A stretch of DNA of 64,000 bases. It comes from Spirochaetota bacterium (lineage in GTDB: Bacteria; Spirochaetota; UBA12135; COTS27; CBDBHE01). Location: contig CBDBHE010000008.1 of the NCBI GenBank assembly GCA_965205605.1, forward strand, positions 40,695 to 104,694. Reading direction: 5' to 3'. Position 1 is the stretch's first letter. Each line of letters starts with the position of its first letter. Made by a program: the position numbers and the translations under genes. This document shows positions 59,099 through 64,000 of the stretch, piece by piece. The notes under the pieces were generated by a model, which saw only the letters and a program-made list of their open reading frames with translations, was not told where the DNA came from and did not search any database.

Positions 59099-60357
59099 TC
59101 CTTTAAAAGAAGCTCTTCTAATAAAGAAGCTTCCAGCAATAAAATATCATTTGGGACATCTTGACCGTTGGTTAAAAAAGAAAGAGGGACTTTTAATTCG
59201 TAAGCCATACTTAAAACAGAACCTAAACTATAAGATTCGTCTGTTTTAGTGATCAATAAGCGATCAAAATTAGTATTTGAAAAAGGGTCAACGATTTTCA
59301 GGAGATCATTATAACGAAAAGAAGCGTTTAAACAAAGATAAACTTCTTTTGGATACCCTAAAAAATTTACAAAATCACTAAGTTCTTCTAAATGAAGTTT
59401 GTCATGTTGACTGGTACCTGCGGTATCAATAAAAATTAATTGTTTATTAATATATTTTTTAACTAATTTTTGAAGTTCATCTTTTTCATAAAGTACACTA
59501 AAAGGCACCCCCATAATATGAGCATATTTTTCAAGTTGAGCAGTTGCCATGATTCTTCTAATATCAAAGGTAGCCATAACAATAGATTTGCTTTCTTTGA
59601 CATAAAGCCTTGAAGCGATTTTAGCCAAAGTCGTTGTTTTCCCTACGCCTGTGGGGCCTACAAAAAAAAGAATGTTTGGATTAGCCGAATAAATTTTAAC
59701 ATCTCTCATGTATTCATATTGATGGCTAATAAAAGAAGCTAATTTTTTTTTATTTTCTTTAAAAGACACATCATTCAAATCCATTTTTTGACTGATTTCA
59801 AAAGCAAATTTTTTACTAAAATCTCGCTCTATTAAAAAATTAAAAACATTACTTTTTTTTACTTGAATCGTATCTAACAAATTGTCTTTTTTCTCTTTTT
59901 TTATCGATTCTTTTTTTTCCAAAAATTCATCTTGATTTAAAATAAAATTAGATTCTTTTTTTTGTCTACCAAAGTTTTCTTTTTTAACAGCGATCATTTC
60001 TTGAAGCTGACTTAATTTTTTACTTCTTTCTTGAAAGTAAGTTTTATTAAACAAATCTTTTTCTCTATTTTCATACCCTTCTAACATTTCTTGCAAAAAA
60101 TCATTAGAATTTATTTTTTTATTGGTTTTGATTAAATTTTCTTGTGATTTAAAAGGTAAATAATGATTTGTTTTCTTATAAGCAAGATTATCTAAAATTC
60201 CTGCTTGTATTTCAACAAAACGTTCTTTTTTTAAACCAAAAAATTTAGATTTCACAATATCATTTCTTTTTAAGATATAAGCATTAATCCCAAGAGTCAT
60301 AATCATTTTTTTCTTAGCTTCTTCAAAATTTTTAGCTACAAATCTTTTATATTCCAT
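59089..60357 (-). CDS. flhF: Flagellar biosynthesis GTPase FlhF (SRP-type)
   Basis: G1 motif FVGPTGVGKTTTLAKIA, DTAG motif; start placed at MEYKRFVAKNFEEA. Confidence 0.8.
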   Translation of the reverse strand: MEYKRFVAKNFEEAKKKMIMTLGINAYILKRNDIVKSKFFGLKKERFVEIQAGILDNLAYKKTNHYLPFKSQENLIKTNKKINSNDFLQEMLEGYENREKDLFNKTYFQERSKKLSQLQEMIAVKKENFGRQKKESNFILNQDEFLEKKESIKKEKKDNLLDTIQVKKSNVFNFLIERDFSKKFAFEISQKMDLNDVSFKENKKKLASFISHQYEYMRDVKIYSANPNILFFVGPTGVGKTTTLAKIASRLYVKESKSIVMATFDIRRIMATAQLEKYAHIMGVPFSVLYEKDELQKLVKKYINKQLIFIDTAGTSQHDKLHLEELSDFVNFLGYPKEVYLCLNASFRYNDLLKIVDPFSNTNFDRLLITKTDESYSLGSVLSMAYELKVPLSFLTNGQDVPNDILLLEASLLEELLLKEWI

Positions 60358-60380
60358 AAATATTTCCCTTTCTTTTTTTA

Positions 60381-62477
60381 TCAAAGCGTATAAACCACAT
60401 TAATATTATACCCATCTGCAACTTCATTTAAAGAAAGGATATTAAGATTTTTAAAATACCTAAACAAAAGATTTTTAAGAGGTTTTCTAAGCAAAGGGTC
60501 TACAATCATCAAATCATCAAACCCTTTTTGACGCACTTCTTTAATAGCAACATCAATTCTATCAATAAACTTAGAAAGAATATCTGTTGATATGTTAAGC
60601 ACACTTTGAGTTCCTTCCATTTCTGTAATACGATTTACAAGTTCATTTTCTAACTCAGGGGAAAAAACGATTCCATTTAAATTTTTTCCTTTATCTGCCA
60701 AACTAGCAGATATTTGTCTTTTTAATGTCGCTCTTACATACTCTGCAAGCATTTCATGTTCAGAAACAATAGAAGCATGATCACAAATGACTTCTAAAAT
60801 CAAACTAATGTTTCTAATAGAAACTCTTTCTTTTAAAAGTTCTTTTAAGATTTTTTGGATATCCCCAACTTTAATTTGCAACTTATCCATTTCCTCTAAA
60901 AGGCTTGGATTTTTCTTTTTGATATTTTCTAAAATACTTTTCACTTCTTTTCTACCCATAATTTCATGGGCATTTCTTTTAATGACTTCTGTTAAGTGAG
61001 TGGCAACAATTGTCGGCCCATCAACAACGGTAAATCCTTTTTTCTCCACATCTTCCTTTTCATTTTCTTCAATCCAATGTGCCCTGAGATCAAAAACAGG
61101 TTCTTTGATGACTTCCTTACCTTCTAAAATAGCTTCTGTTCCTGAAGTATTCATTGCCAAAAATTGATTAATTTTAATTGAAGAGCGCCCCACTTCTCCA
61201 CCACTTATTTTGATCACATATTCATCTGCTTCAAGTTGCATATTATCTGTAATGCGTAATTGAGGTACAATAACACCTAAGTCTAAAACAATTTGCTTTC
61301 TACTTTTTTTAATTCTCTCTAATAAATCACCACCCGATTTTTTATCTACTAAAGGAATCAATCCATAACCTAATTCAATCTCAAGTGGATCAACACTAAC
61401 AAGATCTACCATTTTTTCAGGAGTAAACTCATCTTCTTGTTTAATTTCATCTGCTTCAGATTTTAGCTCTCCTTTAATTTCTTCTTCTCTTTTTTGTTTA
61501 CTAATGTAATAACCTATATAAGTCATCAAACCAGAAGCCGATAAAAAAACCACCGTTGGAAAGCCTGGTATAAAACCAAGGACTCCCACAAAACCACCTG
61601 TAACATACAATATTTTAGGGTTGGTAAATAATTGATTCGATAAATCACTTCCCAAAGTACCCACAGAAACCGAACGTGTAACAACAACCCCTGTTGCCGT
61701 TGCCACTAAAAGAGAAGGTATTTGAGAAACAAGTCCATCTCCAACTGCAAGCATGACATAACTTTGAAGAGCTTCTTGAAACCCTTCACTACGAACAACC
61801 ATCCCTACAACGATTCCTCCAATAATATTAACAAGAGTAATCACAATACCAAGACGTACATCTCCTGAAACAAATTTAGTAGCACCATCCATGTTTCCAT
61901 AAAAATCTGCCTCTTCTTGAATCGCTCTCCTTCTAGTAAGGGCTTCTTTTTCTGTAATAAGCCCTGCATTCAAATCTGCATCAATAGCCATTTGCTTCCC
62001 CGGTAACGAATCCAACTTAAACCTGGCGCTCACTTCTGAAACCCTCGTTGCTCCTTTTGTAATGACCATAAACTGAGCCGCTGTGATAATAATAAATATA
62101 ATAAAGCCAATCACATAACTCCCACCAACAACAAACTCTGCAAAAGTACGCACTACTTTTCCTTCAAAACCCGCCCCTTGTGTCAAAATAAGACGAGTCG
62201 ATGAAACATTAACTGCCAAGCGAAAAACAGTAGAAAACAAAAGAATCGTTGGAAAAACAGAAAATTCTAAAACTGATTTTGAATACATCGTTGTTAAAAT
62301 AATCATCAAAGCAGCTATCAAATTAACCAGCATTAAAAAATCTAAAAAAACAGTCGGTAATGGAATAATCAACATTGCCAAAACAAAAATAACCCCAATC
62401 GATAAAAGGATATCTTTATTTTTAACCAAACTTAAAATTGAATTATAGGAAAGAACATTCGTTGAACTTTGAGCCAT
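60381..62477 (-). CDS. flhA: Flagellar type III export apparatus protein FlhA
   Basis: 698 aa; N-terminal polytopic domain and large cytoplasmic C-domain; position between flhB and flhF. Confidence 0.9.
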   Translation of the reverse strand: MAQSSTNVLSYNSILSLVKNKDILLSIGVIFVLAMLIIPLPTVFLDFLMLVNLIAALMIILTTMYSKSVLEFSVFPTILLFSTVFRLAVNVSSTRLILTQGAGFEGKVVRTFAEFVVGGSYVIGFIIFIIITAAQFMVITKGATRVSEVSARFKLDSLPGKQMAIDADLNAGLITEKEALTRRRAIQEEADFYGNMDGATKFVSGDVRLGIVITLVNIIGGIVVGMVVRSEGFQEALQSYVMLAVGDGLVSQIPSLLVATATGVVVTRSVSVGTLGSDLSNQLFTNPKILYVTGGFVGVLGFIPGFPTVVFLSASGLMTYIGYYISKQKREEEIKGELKSEADEIKQEDEFTPEKMVDLVSVDPLEIELGYGLIPLVDKKSGGDLLERIKKSRKQIVLDLGVIVPQLRITDNMQLEADEYVIKISGGEVGRSSIKINQFLAMNTSGTEAILEGKEVIKEPVFDLRAHWIEENEKEDVEKKGFTVVDGPTIVATHLTEVIKRNAHEIMGRKEVKSILENIKKKNPSLLEEMDKLQIKVGDIQKILKELLKERVSIRNISLILEVICDHASIVSEHEMLAEYVRATLKRQISASLADKGKNLNGIVFSPELENELVNRITEMEGTQSVLNISTDILSKFIDRIDVAIKEVRQKGFDDLMIVDPLLRKPLKNLLFRYFKNLNILSLNEVADGYNINVVYTL

Positions 62478-62502
62478 TGTTATTTTAAAACCTTCTTACT
62501 TT

Positions 62503-63690
62503 TTAATTCCTTTTATATTTATTAAGTATTGATAAAATTTCAGCAACAGCCGCATAAAAGTCAGGAGGAATGTAATCATTGATATCCACGCTATTATAAA
62601 GTCCTCTTGCCAAAGGCTTGTTTTCAATAATTAAAATATTTTCTTCTTTAGCAATTTGTTTGATTTTTTGAGCCATCAAATCAACTCCCTTAGCAAGTAG
62701 TTTTGGAGCATTCATCAAAAAAGGGTCATAAGAAAGAGCACAAGCATAATGAGTAGGGTTTGTAATCACAACATCCGCATCCCTAGCCTCCTTTAACATA
62801 TTACGATTAGCAAGTTCTTTGGCTCTTTCTTTTTGCTTTTGTTTGATTTCAGGATTTCCTTCTAGTTCTTTCATTTCTTCTTTAATGTCTTCTTTAGACA
62901 TTTTTAATTGCTCTAGATATTCAGCTCTTTGAATAAACCAATCAGGTATAGCAATCATTAAAAAGAAAACTAAAGTTAATGAAACAAACTGAAACGTCCA
63001 CTGGCTAGCTTTTACTAATGAAAATAACACTTCCCCTTTAACAAGAAGAACGATTTCCTCAAAGCGAAAAACAATAAAAAAATAACAAATTAGCCCTACA
63101 ACAAAAATCTTAAAATAAGACTTAATCAAATTAAAAACTTGTGTTCTAGAAAAAATAGTTTTTTTAACAAAATTATTCCAACTAATAGCCACTCGATTAA
63201 AATCAAGCCTAAGGCTTTTAGTTGAAACATGAAATCTTGTTTGTATCATCGTTCCCAAAACAACACTCACAATAGCAACAGCTCCAACTGGAAGCATTAT
63301 TTTTAAGAAAAAAATAATATTTTTAGAAAATAAAACCTGAATACTTTCTTTTGAAACCTCTATTTGATTGGGATTGTATAAATAAAGAATAAAATACTCT
63401 CTAAATTCATTTAAATAATAACTACTCATTAAAGCAACTAAGGAAAAAACAACAAACACTACAACTGACTGCGGTATTTCTTGAGTTAAAAAAACTCTTC
63501 CTTCTTCTTCTTTTGCCTTTTTCTTTTTTCTTTCAGTTGGCTCTTCTGTTCTTCCCTCATCTTCAGCTGCATGAAGAGATAAATCATAGTCAAAATGACC
63601 CAATTGAGCTAAATTTTTTAAAGAAGCCTTAAAGCTAGAAAATAAAAAAGGTTCTAATTTAATTAAATTAGTCTCTTCACTTGTTTTCAT
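62503..63690 (-). CDS. flhB: Flagellar type III export apparatus protein FlhB
   Basis: Conserved N-terminal EDEGRTEEPTERKKKKAKEEEGRV and autocleavage site NPTHYA; 395 aa. Confidence 0.9.
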   Translation of the reverse strand: MKTSEETNLIKLEPFLFSSFKASLKNLAQLGHFDYDLSLHAAEDEGRTEEPTERKKKKAKEEEGRVFLTQEIPQSVVVFVVFSLVALMSSYYLNEFREYFILYLYNPNQIEVSKESIQVLFSKNIIFFLKIMLPVGAVAIVSVVLGTMIQTRFHVSTKSLRLDFNRVAISWNNFVKKTIFSRTQVFNLIKSYFKIFVVGLICYFFIVFRFEEIVLLVKGEVLFSLVKASQWTFQFVSLTLVFFLMIAIPDWFIQRAEYLEQLKMSKEDIKEEMKELEGNPEIKQKQKERAKELANRNMLKEARDADVVITNPTHYACALSYDPFLMNAPKLLAKGVDLMAQKIKQIAKEENILIIENKPLARGLYNSVDINDYIPPDFYAAVAEILSILNKYKRN

Positions 63691-64000
63691 ATTTTTTTAA
63701 ATCCCTCAAATAGTTTCATAATATCGTTGATCGTACTAAAAAAAGCACCTTCAAAAAAACCAACCACAAAAGGAAGAATCGCAATCACCATAATCAAACC
63801 AACCATTAAATGAATCGGTAACCCTAAAATCATAATATTTGCTTGTGGAGCTGCTTTTCCAATAAGTCCCAACGCTACAACCACTATCAAAGAAGACACA
63901 ATCACAGGAAGCGCTATTTTTAAAGCAAGTGTAAACATAATACCAAAATACTTAATGGCTTCATTCATAATAAGCTCTCCATTACCAATCATATCAACAG
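63687..64000 (-). CDS. fliR: Flagellar export apparatus protein FliR, C-terminal part; gene extends past the window end
   Basis: Hydrophobic ALKIALPVIV...GKAAPQANIMILGLPIHLMVGL matches the FliR C-terminus; frame is open to position 64000. Confidence 0.7.
   Translation of the reverse strand, partial: VDMIGNGELIMNEAIKYFGIMFTLALKIALPVIVSSLIVVVALGLIGKAAPQANIMILGLPIHLMVGLIMVIAILPFVVGFFEGAFFSTINDIMKLFEGFKKI

Overview
This is a very AT-rich, densely coding bacterial chromosome segment (GC judged by eye to be well under 30%, not computed), with about 55 protein-coding genes and no recognisable rRNA, tRNA, CRISPR array, transposase or integrase. I did not find a compelling, self-contained novel system such as a defence island; the calls below rest on conserved motifs read from the six-frame translations, with no database search run.

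Content, left to right:
- Housekeeping and biosynthesis: aroE (partial), rluD, MTA phosphorylase, argG, hemJ-like, ribBA, ilvC, murJ, htrA.
- Siroheme and sulfur: a CysG-N-like precorrin-2 dehydrogenase, a CobA/HemD fusion and a long NirA/Sir-type sulfite reductase, with a CbiX-like chelatase further right.
- Cell envelope: an LPS/O-antigen-type cluster (glycosyltransferase, O-antigen-ligase-like protein, two GT9 heptosyltransferases, WbaP-like priming transferase), a bactofilin, and an OmpA / beta-barrel / FlgD-Ig-like trio.
- Central metabolism and isoprenoid: pyk, ispF, long-form ispG, map, leuS, recG.
- Flagellar export operon on the minus strand: fliR(partial)-flhB-flhA-flhF-flhG-membrane protein-fliA-FapA-like, continuing through three unknown genes into recG.

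The gene order and LPS genes indicate a flagellated diderm; a Brachyspira-like spirochaete is one speculative fit, but the phylum cannot be fixed from sequence alone.

Most worth a second look:
- Two genes split exactly at poly-A tracts: long-form hisG at an A8 run, and a roughly 728-aa protein with a CarD/Tudor-like motif at an A11 run.
- A GC-rich duplicated palindromic 12-mer embedded in-frame in an AT-rich ORF.
- A perfect 18-bp palindrome upstream of pyk.
- The uncharacterised genes at the tail of the fliA operon.
- A G9 tract inside the ROK kinase gene.
- A 535-bp ORF-poor spacer carrying a 22-bp tandem repeat.
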